Position numbers and translations under genes: made by a program. A stretch of DNA of 64,000 bases from Deltaproteobacteria bacterium (GTDB lineage: Bacteria; Desulfobacterota; Deferrimicrobia; Deferrimicrobiales; Deferrimicrobiaceae), in the NCBI GenBank assembly GCA_016218975.1, contig JACRCO010000071.1, positions 83,288 through 147,287 of the forward strand. The letters are read 5' to 3'. Positions 29,524-39,635 of the stretch are shown one piece after another. Every line of letters begins with the position of its first letter. The first letter of the stretch is position 1. The notes under the pieces were generated by a model. The model worked only from the letters and a program-made list of their open reading frames with translations. It was not told the DNA's origin and made no database searches.

Positions 29524-31011
29524 ATGGAGACCGCACTCCGCATCCGGACATTCGTGAGACGGATATCCGAAAATATATCGGCGCTCCTCAGGAGCCGAAG
29601 CGTTCCCTGGAAGATCGCTCTCGTATACGCCGTTGTCGGGGTGACATGGCTCCTGTGCGAACATTACCTGCTCGGCGGTCTTGCAGCGCTCAAGGACATC
29701 CTTTACCTCCTCGCATCCGCCTTGCTGCTTTATAAAATCAGCGAATACTGGGTGGGCGTCATCCGGCGGCAGGAAATCGAGCTTGGATCGATCCGGGAAC
29801 GCATCCGCATCGTGGAACACTTCAGGCAGATGTTCGAGCAGAATGAAGAACCCATCCTGCTTTTCGAGCCGGGGACCGCCCGAATCCAGGATGCAAATCC
29901 CGCTGCTGAAGCTCTATATGGATATACCCGGCAGGAAATGACAGTGAAGGGACCCTCCCTGTTCGTCGTACCGGTCGAGCTGCCGGAATTAGAGAAACGG
30001 ATATCGGGCATAGACGAACATCGGCGGCTCGTCCTTGACAGGGTCCGGCACATCCGCAGGGACGGGGAAAATATCATCGTGTCGGTCCGCGGGAAGTCCA
30101 TCCGACTGCTGGAGGGCGGCAGCATCAGCTACTGCACGTTCCGCGACGTCACGGAGAGAATCCGGATGGAAAACGAGGCCATCACTCGACAGGCGCAGTT
30201 GATTCACGCCAGCAGGATGGCGGCGCTCGGAACAATCGTCTCAGGCGTGGCGCACGAGATCAACAATCCGAACAACCTGATAATGTTCAACGCGCCCATG
30301 ATAGGCAAGGCCTGGCGGGACGCCGAGCCTGTCCTCGAGAAGTTCCACCAGGAAAACGGCGATTTCCTCCTGGGCGGTCTCCCCTTTTCCGAAATGAGGG
30401 AGATCGTTCCCAAGCTGGTCGACGGAATCTCGGGCGGGTCCGCAAGGATCCGCAACATCGTGGGGACGCTGAAGGAGTTCGCGCGACAGGATACCCGGAA
30501 ACAGGATTGCCGGGTCAGCGCAAACGACGTCGTGAAAAACGCCGCCGCGATACTGAACCACGAAATAACGAAAAAGTGCCGGAATTTCCGCGTCTCTTAC
30601 GACGAGTCCGATCCGGCGGTCCAGGGATGCTCCCAGCAGCTGGAACAGGTCGTCGTCAACCTGATCATGAACTCGCTGCAGGCGTTGCGGGACAAAAACC
30701 GCGCGATACGCATCTCGACCTCCTTCGACCGCCGCGAGGGGAAAACCGGGATCTGCGTCGAGGACGAAGGTGAAGGGATGTCCGAAGATGTGATAAAGCG
30801 TCTTTCCGAGCCGTTCTTCTCCACGAGGTCGGAGGAAGGGGGCCTGGGTTTGGGCCTCTCCATATCCTTTTCCATCATCAAGGAGCACGGCGGAACCATC
30901 GAATACCGTTCCGAGGCGGGCAAGGGGACCGCCGCCCGCATTATCCTCCCGGCTGCGCCGGAATCGCTCGAACACCAATGCCGGAAGTCGGAGGTGCGGA
31001 TTCTCAGATGA
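29524..31011 (+). CDS. Sensor histidine kinase (2 TM-PAS-HisKA-HATPase), NtrB-like partner of the downstream activator
   Basis: 495 aa. PAS (ILLFEPGTARIQDANPAAEALYGYTRQEM), H-box VSGVAHEINNPNN, and N/G boxes (NLIMNSLQAL, DEGEGM, GLGLGLS). Confidence 0.9.
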   Translation: METALRIRTFVRRISENISALLRSRSVPWKIALVYAVVGVTWLLCEHYLLGGLAALKDILYLLASALLLYKISEYWVGVIRRQEIELGSIRERIRIVEHFRQMFEQNEEPILLFEPGTARIQDANPAAEALYGYTRQEMTVKGPSLFVVPVELPELEKRISGIDEHRRLVLDRVRHIRRDGENIIVSVRGKSIRLLEGGSISYCTFRDVTERIRMENEAITRQAQLIHASRMAALGTIVSGVAHEINNPNNLIMFNAPMIGKAWRDAEPVLEKFHQENGDFLLGGLPFSEMREIVPKLVDGISGGSARIRNIVGTLKEFARQDTRKQDCRVSANDVVKNAAAILNHEITKKCRNFRVSYDESDPAVQGCSQQLEQVVVNLIMNSLQALRDKNRAIRISTSFDRREGKTGICVEDEGEGMSEDVIKRLSEPFFSTRSEEGGLGLGLSISFSIIKEHGGTIEYRSEAGKGTAARIILPAAPESLEHQCRKSEVRILR

Positions 31012-32462
31012 TGGAACCGGATGACACGCGGAGTTCACTTTGCCGACCCGTCCTGCTCGTGGACGACGACCCGGCGTTTCTGCTTTCCTCCCAGGTGACG
31101 CTCCGTTCATCCGGGATCTCACCTGTCGAAACGATCAACGACAGCAGGCACGTTCTCCCTTTCCTGTCGGAACGGGAAGCATCCATCGTCGTGCTCGATC
31201 TCACCATGCCGCATATCGGCGGAACGGAGATCCTCGAAAAAATCAAGGCGGAGTTCCCGCACATTCCCGTTATCGTGTCGACCGCCCAGTGCGAGGTCGA
31301 TGTGGCGGTAACCTGCATGAAGGGCGGCGCCTTCGATTACCTGGTCAAGCCGATGGAAAGCAGCCGGTTTGTCTCGAGCGTTTCCCGGGCGCTCGAGCTT
31401 CATGGTCTCAGGCAGGAGGTCTCTTCGCTGAAAAAAAGCCTTCTTTCCTCCCGGTTGGAGGATGAGGCGGCATTTGCTGAAATCCTCACGCGAAGCGGTA
31501 AGATGCGGGCGATCTTCCGGTACGTCGAAGCCATCGCTCCGTCCGGCCAGCCCGTGCTCGTTACCGGCGAAACGGGGGTGGGAAAGGAGCTGATCGCCAA
31601 GGCGGTACACGACCGGAGCGGCTGCAAGGGTGCGTTCGTCCCGGTCAACGCTGCCGGACTCGACGACACGATGTTTTCGGACACCCTGTTCGGCCACAAG
31701 AAAGGCGCCTACACCGGCGCCGATCAGGCGAGGGAAGGGCTGATCGCCTGCGCAGCGGGCGGAACGCTGTTCCTCGACGAAGTGGGCGACATGAAAGTCT
31801 CCTCGCAGGTCAAGCTCCTTCGTCTCCTCGAGCAGAGAACCTACTATCCGCTCGGATCGGACGTCCAGAAGCGGTCCGATGCCAGGATCATCTGCGCCAC
31901 CGACAAGGATCTGAAGGCGCGCATGGTGGAGGGTACGTACCGCAAGGACCTTTACTATCGCCTGGCCGCCCATCACATTCACATCCCGACGCTGCGCGAA
32001 CGGCCCGAAGACCTTCCCCTCCTTGTCGGCCTTTTTCTCAAGGATTCCGCTTCGACGATGCGGAAAAGGGCGCCCTCGATTCCGCAGGAACTTTTCCTTC
32101 TGCTGTCTACCTATTCGTTCCCCGGAAACGTCCGCGAGCTGAAAACGATGGTCGCCAACGCCGTGGCGCAGCACACGACAGGCGTCCTTTCGATCGAAAG
32201 CTTCCGTAAAAAAATAGAGGAGGAGCGGGCGCACGCCGGTTCCAGCCCGTTACCGGTGCCGGGAAACGGTAACGTGCCTTTTCCGATCCCGGAGCGTTTT
32301 CCCACATTGAAGGACACGGAGCGATACCTTATCGCGGAAGCCCTCGAAAGATCCGGGAACAACCAGGGGGTCGCTGCGTCGCTTCTTGGAATTTCCCGCC
32401 AGGCGTTGAACAAACGGCTTGTGAGAATGGAAAGATCAGAAGGTTCAAGGCACAAGGGGTGA
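31008..32462 (+). CDS. Sigma-54-dependent response regulator (REC-AAA+-HTH, NtrC family)
   Basis: REC (VLLVDDDPAFLL...VVLDLTMPHIGG...KP), AAA+ ([31 protein letters not shown]) and Fis-type HTH (AASLLGISRQALNKRL). ATGA overlap with the kinase gene. Confidence 0.9.
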   Translation: MMEPDDTRSSLCRPVLLVDDDPAFLLSSQVTLRSSGISPVETINDSRHVLPFLSEREASIVVLDLTMPHIGGTEILEKIKAEFPHIPVIVSTAQCEVDVAVTCMKGGAFDYLVKPMESSRFVSSVSRALELHGLRQEVSSLKKSLLSSRLEDEAAFAEILTRSGKMRAIFRYVEAIAPSGQPVLVTGETGVGKELIAKAVHDRSGCKGAFVPVNAAGLDDTMFSDTLFGHKKGAYTGADQAREGLIACAAGGTLFLDEVGDMKVSSQVKLLRLLEQRTYYPLGSDVQKRSDARIICATDKDLKARMVEGTYRKDLYYRLAAHHIHIPTLRERPEDLPLLVGLFLKDSASTMRKRAPSIPQELFLLLSTYSFPGNVRELKTMVANAVAQHTTGVLSIESFRKKIEEERAHAGSSPLPVPGNGNVPFPIPERFPTLKDTERYLIAEALERSGNNQGVAASLLGISRQALNKRLVRMERSEGSRHKG

Positions 32463-32673
32463 AACTTCCGTCGCACCCCGGACGATTCCTTTTTGCCCTC
32501 CAAAGCTTGAATAACTAAAACATTCTATCGATTCGGCGAACCGCCCGTCCGGCGAACCGTCGCAGCCCTCCTGCGACCGCAATCTCCCGGTAATTTCACG
32601 GAAGTACCTGATATTCCGTCCGAAAATTACTCCGCGACGAATTGGCACTACTCTTGATACCAAGGGGTTCTCC

Positions 32674-33108
32674 ATGAGGGAGCCGAACGGAGAAGAAAAG
32701 TGCCCGGAGCGCCGGAAACACATCCTGCTGGTGGACGACGAACCGGATTTCCTGTACTCCGCGACCGTGGCCTTGCGTGGGGCGGGCTACGACGTAACCG
32801 TCGCGGGAAGCGGAGCTGATGCGTTGAAAATGATGATCGACGCTCACAACGGAGGCAGGCGGTATTCGCTTCTTCTCACGGACATAGTGATGCCGGGAAT
32901 GTCGGGGCTGGATCTGATCGCAGAAATGAAACGCCGGGAGATCGAAATTCCCGTGCTTGTCGTGACAGGCGTGAGCGACACCGTCCTGATTTCGGAATTC
33001 GGAAATGACGGGTGTATGGGGTATATCCAAAAACCGTTCCAACCGCCGGACCTGATCGGACTCGTCGGGAGGTTTCTCCAGCAAACGGAAAAGGAGGTTG
33101 AACTATGA
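32674..33108 (+). CDS. Single-domain CheY-like response regulator
   Basis: 144 aa. HILLVDDEPDF, phospho-acceptor context LLLTDIVMPGMSG, VLVVTG and IQKPF. Its stop overlaps the start of the 1777-aa gene (ATGA). Confidence 0.85.
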   Translation: MREPNGEEKCPERRKHILLVDDEPDFLYSATVALRGAGYDVTVAGSGADALKMMIDAHNGGRRYSLLLTDIVMPGMSGLDLIAEMKRREIEIPVLVVTGVSDTVLISEFGNDGCMGYIQKPFQPPDLIGLVGRFLQQTEKEVEL

Positions 33109-36100
33109 GAACCGTGAAGCGTAGCTGCATTCGGGAAAAACGGGCGGCATGGATAGGGGCGATATTGCCCGTCCTGCTTGTCGGAATGATCGTCCTGCAT
33201 ATCTCTCCCTCCGGGGCGGCGACTTTGGAAGTGGTAGGGGTAAACCGCAACCCGGCGGGATCTCCTGCGGGAACGCCGCCTCCTCCCCCTACATCCGTCG
33301 GCAGGTATTACTGGACCCTGCAGGAGGACGCGACGTATCCGGTCCGTCCCGGGGACAGCTCGACCAACCAATTGGCGGTCAGCTTCCATAAAAGCTACAT
33401 GCCGGTGATCGCCTCGGGATGCGTCGACCCTGCCGCAGGGCCGAGCAACCCGCAATGCAAGGCCGGCAGCGGGCTGGAATCGGTGGTGCTGGACCCCGCC
33501 AAGCGGTACTACGTTTCGGTGCTCCCGCTTGAAGCCGGAAGCTTCAGCAACAGCGGGACGTCCATTGCTCCTGGCCAGGCAAGCGTGAAGGTTTATGTTA
33601 ACAAGCTCCCCTTCCCCATGGCGCAGGTCAACATCTTCGCCACCGAGGACAACTACCCGATCAACGGATTCCCGGATGTCCCGGCGGAGAATCCCTTCCC
33701 TAACGTCGCCTTCTACCTGGTGGACACGGGCGGCCGCTACGGCATCTCCGGCGGACCGATGCTCACGGACGCCTTCGGAATGGCGCTGGGGACGACCTAT
33801 GAGCTCGATGCGAACGGGCAGCTCGTCGACAGCGACGGGGACGGCGTCCCCAACGTCGTGGCGGAAGGGTTGGGGTTCGTTCTCTCCGATTCCAACGGGA
33901 TGGCCAGCTTCAAGTACATTGCGCCGGGAAAATACAGCATTGTCGCGGTGCCGCCCGCTCCGTACATCCAGACGACCACGATCGAAGGTTCGAGGGTGAT
34001 CGACGCCTGGGTCAAGCCGAACGAGCCTCCCTACCTTCTTGAGTTCGGCCCCCCGACGCCTCATATCATCATGAGTTTCGCGAAGCAGACGCCCCTCGAC
34101 CCGGCATATGCCGGAATGCAAACCGTCACGGGGCAGATCGTCAACGACCACCTGGGGCGGCCTCCGGGGATTTCCTCCAACCCGGGCGCGCCGTTCAAGC
34201 ATACGACCCCCTGGATCGGGCTGAACGACTCCGCTACCGGGAAGGGGATCTACGTCGCGCGCACCAACGAAGACGGGACCTTTACCGTGCCTGCGATAAA
34301 GCCCGGCACGTACCAGCTCGTGGTCTGGGACGACTTCCTGGACATCATCATCAACTTCTCGACGGTGGTCGTAGGAAACGCCGACGTGAATCTCGGCAAG
34401 ATCCCCGTCATCCACTGGTTCACGCGGCAGGAGCACTACGTGTATCTCGACGAAAACGGCAACGGCGTCCGGGATCCCGAGGAGACGATGGGCATGCTGG
34501 AGCAGGCCGTCAACCTCCGCTGGCGTGACGGTACGATGTATCAGTCGTTTTTGACCGATGAGATGGGTTTTGCTTCCTTCAACGAGATCTTCCCCTTCTT
34601 CAACTGGCAAGTTTCCGAGGTGGATTTTCTCAGGTACAAAGCTACCGGCGTCCGGGTAACCGTGGACGACGGCGGACCGATCGACCCCTTGGAGCCATGG
34701 TCCTGGGGCGGACAGGTAACCCCGCAGATCCAGGCCGACGGCGGAAAGACCCGCATCGAAACCGGGCCTGTGCTCCTCGAAGCCTTCCAGGGGTTTGTTG
34801 GTTCCACAAGCGTATTCGAATGGGGTAAGAGCCCCTACGGGACGGACGAGAACGGCGGAATCACCGGGATCGTCCACTATTCGGTCACGCGCGCCGAGGA
34901 CGACCCGGTGTACGGCTTCGGGGAACCCTGGGAGCCGGGCATCGCAGGCGTTCAGGTCAACCTTTACACGGGAAATTTCCTTGCCGGGACCATCGTAGAC
35001 TCGAACGGCAACGGAACCATCGACCTTGCCGACATCGACAATTACCCGTTCCAGTGGACGGGCAAGGGTGACACGGCATACCCCGGCTACACGGGTGTGC
35101 CGGGTCCGGAGGATGTGGATCGCAACGGCAACGGCGTTTTCGATCTCGGCGATGCCGTACAGGCGACCTGGACCGATAGCTGGGACGAGAACATCCCCAC
35201 CGAATGCAGGGGTCCGTCGTTCTCCTTCCAGGGCAACCCCTCCGACTGCTTCGACGGCTTGAGAAACTGGAACCAGGTCCGGCCCGGGCTCTTCGACGGT
35301 GGGTACGCTTTCGGCACCGCTGTCACCGGCGATCCCAAATCCCTTCCCAGCGGCGTTTATATCGTCGAAGCGGTCCCTCCTCCGGGCTATGAGATAGTGA
35401 AAGAAGAAGACAAGAACGTCGACTTCGGCGACAACTACATGCCGCAGCCCGCCGCCGACTTCATTCCTCCGCTCGCGGACACTGGCGCGCCGCCGCCGCC
35501 CTTCAATCCGTTCGTCCCCCTCGGGGCTCCGCAGTGCGTGGGGGACCGCCATTTCGTGCCGGAACAATTGAGCCTGTTTCCCGGCGTTCCAACGGCTTTC
35601 TCCGGACAGGCCCGAAAGCTGTGCGACAGGAAATACGTGGTTCTCCAGGACGGTGAGAATGCGGCCGCCAATTTCTTCCTGTTCACGAAGGCTCCGATCG
35701 CGGGACAGTTCACCGGGTTGACCACCGACGACATCACGAACGACTCACGTGCATCGTCGCCTAACGCCGGGGAAAAGTACTCCCCGCCATGGATTCCGAT
35801 TTCCATCCGGGATTGGACGGGCAGGGAGCTCTCGCGCATCTACGCCGACGAGTTCGGCAAGTTCAACGGCCTTCTCCCCTCGACCTATACGGCGAACACC
35901 CCCTTGCCGAGCGGCATGACGCCGCAGATGATCACGACGTGCATGAACGACGCGATGATGCCGAATCCGGCGTACGTCCCGGGGGGCGAAGAGGACGAAT
36001 TCATCCTGGATCCCAGTTTCAACAAGTCTTACGGCCAGTTCTGCTACACATTCCAGTTCATGCCGGGATCCACGACGTACCTGGACCTGCCGGTGCTCCC

Positions 36101-38438
36101 CACGGCCGCCTATGTGGGACCTACCCAGGCCCCTCTTGACTGCGATCTTCCCAACCAGACCCCGACGATCCACGCCGTCAACGTTCCGGGCGCCGGAGGC
36201 GGGCCTTATGTAACGGCGAACCCGGCGAACAGCCAGGACAAGCAGGAAATCCTCATCGTATCTGACGGCACGGTGGCAGTTCCCAATCCGTTCTACTGCC
36301 CGGGACCCGAGTCGAATTGCTCGCCCACCAACCTGAACAAAACGATAAACAGGGACCACGGTTTCGGGACGGCGGCGGGCAAGGCGACCATCGACGTCAA
36401 CGGTACCATCCTGAACCTCACCATTACCCAGTGGACCAACAGGGTGATAAGGGCCAGGCTTCCGAACGACGTGCCGTCGGGCGAGTACCAGCTTGCGGTT
36501 TCGCGCAGCAACGGAAAATCGACGGAGAACGGCGTGACCCTGACGGTGGCGCTCGGCGCCGGGCAACCGATGCGCGTTCCCACGGCTGCTTATCCGACGA
36601 TCCAGTCGGCTGTCGACGCCGCCTCTCCCGGCGAATTGATACTCGTGGGACCGGGGAATTACATGGAGATGGTGGCTATGTGGAAACCGGTACGGCTCCA
36701 GGGATGGGGCGCCGGGTCCACGACCATCAACGCAATCATGTTCCCCATAGAAAAAGTGCAGATCTGGCGTGAGAAGGTAAAGGCCCTGCTGGACGCCGGC
36801 GAATTCAGCCTGCTCCCCAGCCAGGAAGCCGGCTCTCCGGGTATCCTTCCCGTCCTCGGGATGGGCGCCCTCGGCGCCAATGTGCTTCTTGAAAGTCCGG
36901 GCGTCATGGTGCTTGCGAAAGACGACACCCAACCCGGCTCCCCGTCTAACGGATTCATCCCGGGATCCTCCCGGATCGACGGATTCAACATCATCGGCTC
37001 CGTCAACGGCGGCGGCATCATCGTCAACGGATACGCCCACAATCTTTCGATCGGCAACAACAGGATCTCCAACAATATGGGAGTCAGCAGCGGCGGAATC
37101 AGGATCGGGCACGTCGATCTCGTTTCCTGCGACACCCCCCCCTGCACCGACCCCACGGACCCGACGCGCCGCTACCAGGGAGCGTTCAATGACGGAATAC
37201 GCATCCACCACAACCAGGTGGCGCGGAACGGCGGCACGAACCTGGGTGCGGGCGGAGTGATGCTCGGCTCCGGTTCAGACGGCTACAAGGTGACCGAGAA
37301 CTGGATCTGCGGAAACATCACCCTCGGCGACGGCGGCGGCGGCATCGGGCACCACGGCCTGAGCGAAGACGGCCTGATCGCCCGCAACGCGATCATATTC
37401 AACGAAGCGTGGAGCAACCAGGCGGAAGGGCGAGGCGGCGGCATCTTCGTCGGCGGCCTTACCGCGCTCGCGCCCGCCGTCCTGACCGACGGCTCGGGAA
37501 CGGTGACGGTCGACTCCAACCTGATCCTCGGCAACGGGGCGGGCGCCGGCGACGGCGCCGGAATCGCCGCCTACCAGGTCAACGGAAAAGACGTTGCCGA
37601 TGCCCCCGGCACTCCGGACGGCTGGCACACCCTCAATATCTTCAACAACATGGTCGTGAACAACGTCACGGGCCTGGCAGGCGCCATATCGCTTCAGGAC
37701 GCGGCCAGGAGCAACATCATCAACAACACGGTCGCCAGAAACGACAGCACCGCGACCGCGCGTGCGGCCTTCACCGCCCCGCCGCCCGCCGCATCCACTC
37801 CGCAGCCGGCCGGCATCGCGTCGCGCGCACACAGCAACGTGCTGGCGTCCGCTTCGGCGCAGGCGGGGCTTTTCTCCAACCCGCAGTTGTTGAACAACAT
37901 TCTCTGGCAGAACCGGTCATTCACGGCCGTTCAGAATCCGGCCACCCTCGACTGGTCCCTCCAGCCGGCAACCGCCCCCTGGAACTACCAGGACCTGGGT
38001 GTGCTCGATACGGGAGCCGCCGACCTGTTGAATCCGATGTACGGGATTCTTACGACCCTCAACGGCTACAGTCCGAACAACCTCGGCGGGCCGGGTGCAA
38101 ACCCGAATTTCCTCCTGTCGTACTTCAATATCGGCCTGGGCGAACTGCCCGCCATATTCGACGAGGGCGGGAACTTCCTCCGGGTTTCCTTCGGGCCGCA
38201 TACCCTGATGAATACGAACGGCACGACTCCCTACGGAAACTACCACATCAATCCATCGAGTCCGGCGTCGCATGTCCCCGGAACCCGGTATGTCCCGGGG
38301 ACGCAGACGCTTCTCTGGAACATGTATCCCGAGCTCGGGAAGGATTTCGACGGAGGCAACCGTCCCTCCGTGTCGGGTCCGGACAGGGGCGCGGATGAAG
38401 TGCCCCCGGTTGCGGCTCAGGGAAGCATATTGCCATAG
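33105..38438 (+). CDS. Giant secreted protein: CNA-B/carboxypeptidase-regulatory-like folds, Ca-binding DxDxDG loops, IPT/TIG-like domain, C-terminal right-handed parallel beta-helix
   Basis: 1777 aa with an N-terminal signal/anchor. Repeated G.Y.V..VPP(G)Y motifs (GKYSIVAVPP, GTYQLVVWDD, GVYIVEAVPPPGYEIV). Loops DSDGDGVPN, DENGNGVRD, DSNGNGTIDLADID, DVDRNGNGVFDLGD. Beta-helix entry PTIQSAVDAASPGELILVGPGNYMEMV, followed by many NN.I..N repeats. Confidence 0.85.
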   Translation: MRTVKRSCIREKRAAWIGAILPVLLVGMIVLHISPSGAATLEVVGVNRNPAGSPAGTPPPPPTSVGRYYWTLQEDATYPVRPGDSSTNQLAVSFHKSYMPVIASGCVDPAAGPSNPQCKAGSGLESVVLDPAKRYYVSVLPLEAGSFSNSGTSIAPGQASVKVYVNKLPFPMAQVNIFATEDNYPINGFPDVPAENPFPNVAFYLVDTGGRYGISGGPMLTDAFGMALGTTYELDANGQLVDSDGDGVPNVVAEGLGFVLSDSNGMASFKYIAPGKYSIVAVPPAPYIQTTTIEGSRVIDAWVKPNEPPYLLEFGPPTPHIIMSFAKQTPLDPAYAGMQTVTGQIVNDHLGRPPGISSNPGAPFKHTTPWIGLNDSATGKGIYVARTNEDGTFTVPAIKPGTYQLVVWDDFLDIIINFSTVVVGNADVNLGKIPVIHWFTRQEHYVYLDENGNGVRDPEETMGMLEQAVNLRWRDGTMYQSFLTDEMGFASFNEIFPFFNWQVSEVDFLRYKATGVRVTVDDGGPIDPLEPWSWGGQVTPQIQADGGKTRIETGPVLLEAFQGFVGSTSVFEWGKSPYGTDENGGITGIVHYSVTRAEDDPVYGFGEPWEPGIAGVQVNLYTGNFLAGTIVDSNGNGTIDLADIDNYPFQWTGKGDTAYPGYTGVPGPEDVDRNGNGVFDLGDAVQATWTDSWDENIPTECRGPSFSFQGNPSDCFDGLRNWNQVRPGLFDGGYAFGTAVTGDPKSLPSGVYIVEAVPPPGYEIVKEEDKNVDFGDNYMPQPAADFIPPLADTGAPPPPFNPFVPLGAPQCVGDRHFVPEQLSLFPGVPTAFSGQARKLCDRKYVVLQDGENAAANFFLFTKAPIAGQFTGLTTDDITNDSRASSPNAGEKYSPPWIPISIRDWTGRELSRIYADEFGKFNGLLPSTYTANTPLPSGMTPQMITTCMNDAMMPNPAYVPGGEEDEFILDPSFNKSYGQFCYTFQFMPGSTTYLDLPVLPTAAYVGPTQAPLDCDLPNQTPTIHAVNVPGAGGGPYVTANPANSQDKQEILIVSDGTVAVPNPFYCPGPESNCSPTNLNKTINRDHGFGTAAGKATIDVNGTILNLTITQWTNRVIRARLPNDVPSGEYQLAVSRSNGKSTENGVTLTVALGAGQPMRVPTAAYPTIQSAVDAASPGELILVGPGNYMEMVAMWKPVRLQGWGAGSTTINAIMFPIEKVQIWREKVKALLDAGEFSLLPSQEAGSPGILPVLGMGALGANVLLESPGVMVLAKDDTQPGSPSNGFIPGSSRIDGFNIIGSVNGGGIIVNGYAHNLSIGNNRISNNMGVSSGGIRIGHVDLVSCDTPPCTDPTDPTRRYQGAFNDGIRIHHNQVARNGGTNLGAGGVMLGSGSDGYKVTENWICGNITLGDGGGGIGHHGLSEDGLIARNAIIFNEAWSNQAEGRGGGIFVGGLTALAPAVLTDGSGTVTVDSNLILGNGAGAGDGAGIAAYQVNGKDVADAPGTPDGWHTLNIFNNMVVNNVTGLAGAISLQDAARSNIINNTVARNDSTATARAAFTAPPPAASTPQPAGIASRAHSNVLASASAQAGLFSNPQLLNNILWQNRSFTAVQNPATLDWSLQPATAPWNYQDLGVLDTGAADLLNPMYGILTTLNGYSPNNLGGPGANPNFLLSYFNIGLGELPAIFDEGGNFLRVSFGPHTLMNTNGTTPYGNYHINPSSPASHVPGTRYVPGTQTLLWNMYPELGKDFDGGNRPSVSGPDRGADEVPPVAAQGSILP

Positions 38439-38456
38439 GCCCAAGGAGGTGACGAA

Positions 38457-39620
38457 ATGAAGAAGATCGGAATGCGCATAGCTCCTTTCCTTGCAGGGTT
38501 CCTTCTCCTGGCTGGAGGAGGAAATTCAGGAGCCGCGGTCCTCGTCCAGTGCGGCGACCCGGGCAACCCGAAAGACAAATGCATGCACCTGTCCTCGGGC
38601 GACGGGTTCGTCACGATGGCGGACGGCAAGGTCCTGTACACGTTCGGGTTCGGCGACATCACCGCCAGCGCCGATCCGCTCATCGACGGCATGCTGGCAG
38701 CGGAATTCACCGGGCCGACGATTTCCTTGGACGAAGGGGACCGGTTTTTCCTCAACCTTACGAACGTCGGCATGATGATGCGCCCGGACCTTTTCGACCC
38801 GCATTCGCTCCACTGGCACGGATTCCCGAATGCCTCGAACATCTTCGATGGAGAGCCCCATGGCACCATAGGAATCAACATGGGGTCCACCCTGACCTAT
38901 TTCTACAACGTCGTCGAGCCCGGCACCTACATGTACCACTGCCACGTGGAGGCGACCGAGCATATGGAAATGGGCATGCTGTCGAACCTTTACGTGCGCC
39001 CGAGGCAGAACGGCACGCCGCTCGGCACTTGCGACGGGGGGGCGCCCTGCACGATGTTCGCTTACAACGACGGCGACGGCTCCACGGGCTACGACGTGGA
39101 ATATCCTATCCAGGTAAGCGGGTTCGACGGGTATTTCCATGAGCAGCATATCGCCGTTCAACCCCTTCCGTTCCACACGTTGCGCGTCACTTATCCGGTG
39201 ATGAACGGAAGAGGCTATCCGGACACCGTCAACCCGAATCCGCTTCCTCCCCCCGCGGAAAACGGGGGAAAGGAGTCCCAGCGGGTGAGTTCCCTTATAA
39301 ACGCCTCGCCCGGGCAAAAGGTGCTCCTTCGCCTCTCCAGCCTGAGCGTGCACCATGACTTCACCCTGGCCGCTCTCGGCATCCCGATGAGGATCGTCGG
39401 CCGCGACGCAAGGCTGCTGCGCGGGCCGGACGGCAAGGACCTTTCCTACGTCACCAATTCGATACTGCTCGGCTCCGGAGAGACGGCGGACGCGATCCTC
39501 GATATCCCGCCGGACACCGCGCCGGGAACGAGATATTTCCTTTATACGACCAACCTGAATTTCCTGAGCAACGACCAGGAGGATTTCGGCGGGATGATGA
39601 CCGAAATCCGGATCAACTGA
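38457..39620 (+). CDS. Two-domain cupredoxin protein A: N-domain carries the T1 site plus half of the trinuclear-cluster His ligands
   Basis: 387 aa with a Sec signal. GPTISLDEGDRFFLNLTN...HSLHWHG (nt 38802-38819)...GTYMYHCHVEATEHMEMGM (HCH at nt 38937-38945). The C-domain has no ligand motif. Confidence 0.85.
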   Translation: MKKIGMRIAPFLAGFLLLAGGGNSGAAVLVQCGDPGNPKDKCMHLSSGDGFVTMADGKVLYTFGFGDITASADPLIDGMLAAEFTGPTISLDEGDRFFLNLTNVGMMMRPDLFDPHSLHWHGFPNASNIFDGEPHGTIGINMGSTLTYFYNVVEPGTYMYHCHVEATEHMEMGMLSNLYVRPRQNGTPLGTCDGGAPCTMFAYNDGDGSTGYDVEYPIQVSGFDGYFHEQHIAVQPLPFHTLRVTYPVMNGRGYPDTVNPNPLPPPAENGGKESQRVSSLINASPGQKVLLRLSSLSVHHDFTLAALGIPMRIVGRDARLLRGPDGKDLSYVTNSILLGSGETADAILDIPPDTAPGTRYFLYTTNLNFLSNDQEDFGGMMTEIRIN

Positions 39621-39635
39621 AGAAGGAGGCGCGGC

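Noticed and set aside
32643-32657. Sigma-54-like motif TGGCACTACTCTTGA upstream of the CheY-like receiver gene
   Set aside because: The -12 element is TTGA rather than TTGC. The implied transcription start (about 32667-32669) would fall after the AAGGGG RBS and only about 5 nt before the ATG. I keep it only as a weak possibility (a leaderless transcript).
32844-37211. Long minus-strand ORFs (907 aa at 32844-35567, 488 aa at 35745-37211) opposite the 1777-aa gene
   Set aside because: Same high-GC antisense artefact. The plus-strand frame has coherent domain motifs, a signal peptide, an RBS and ATGA coupling.
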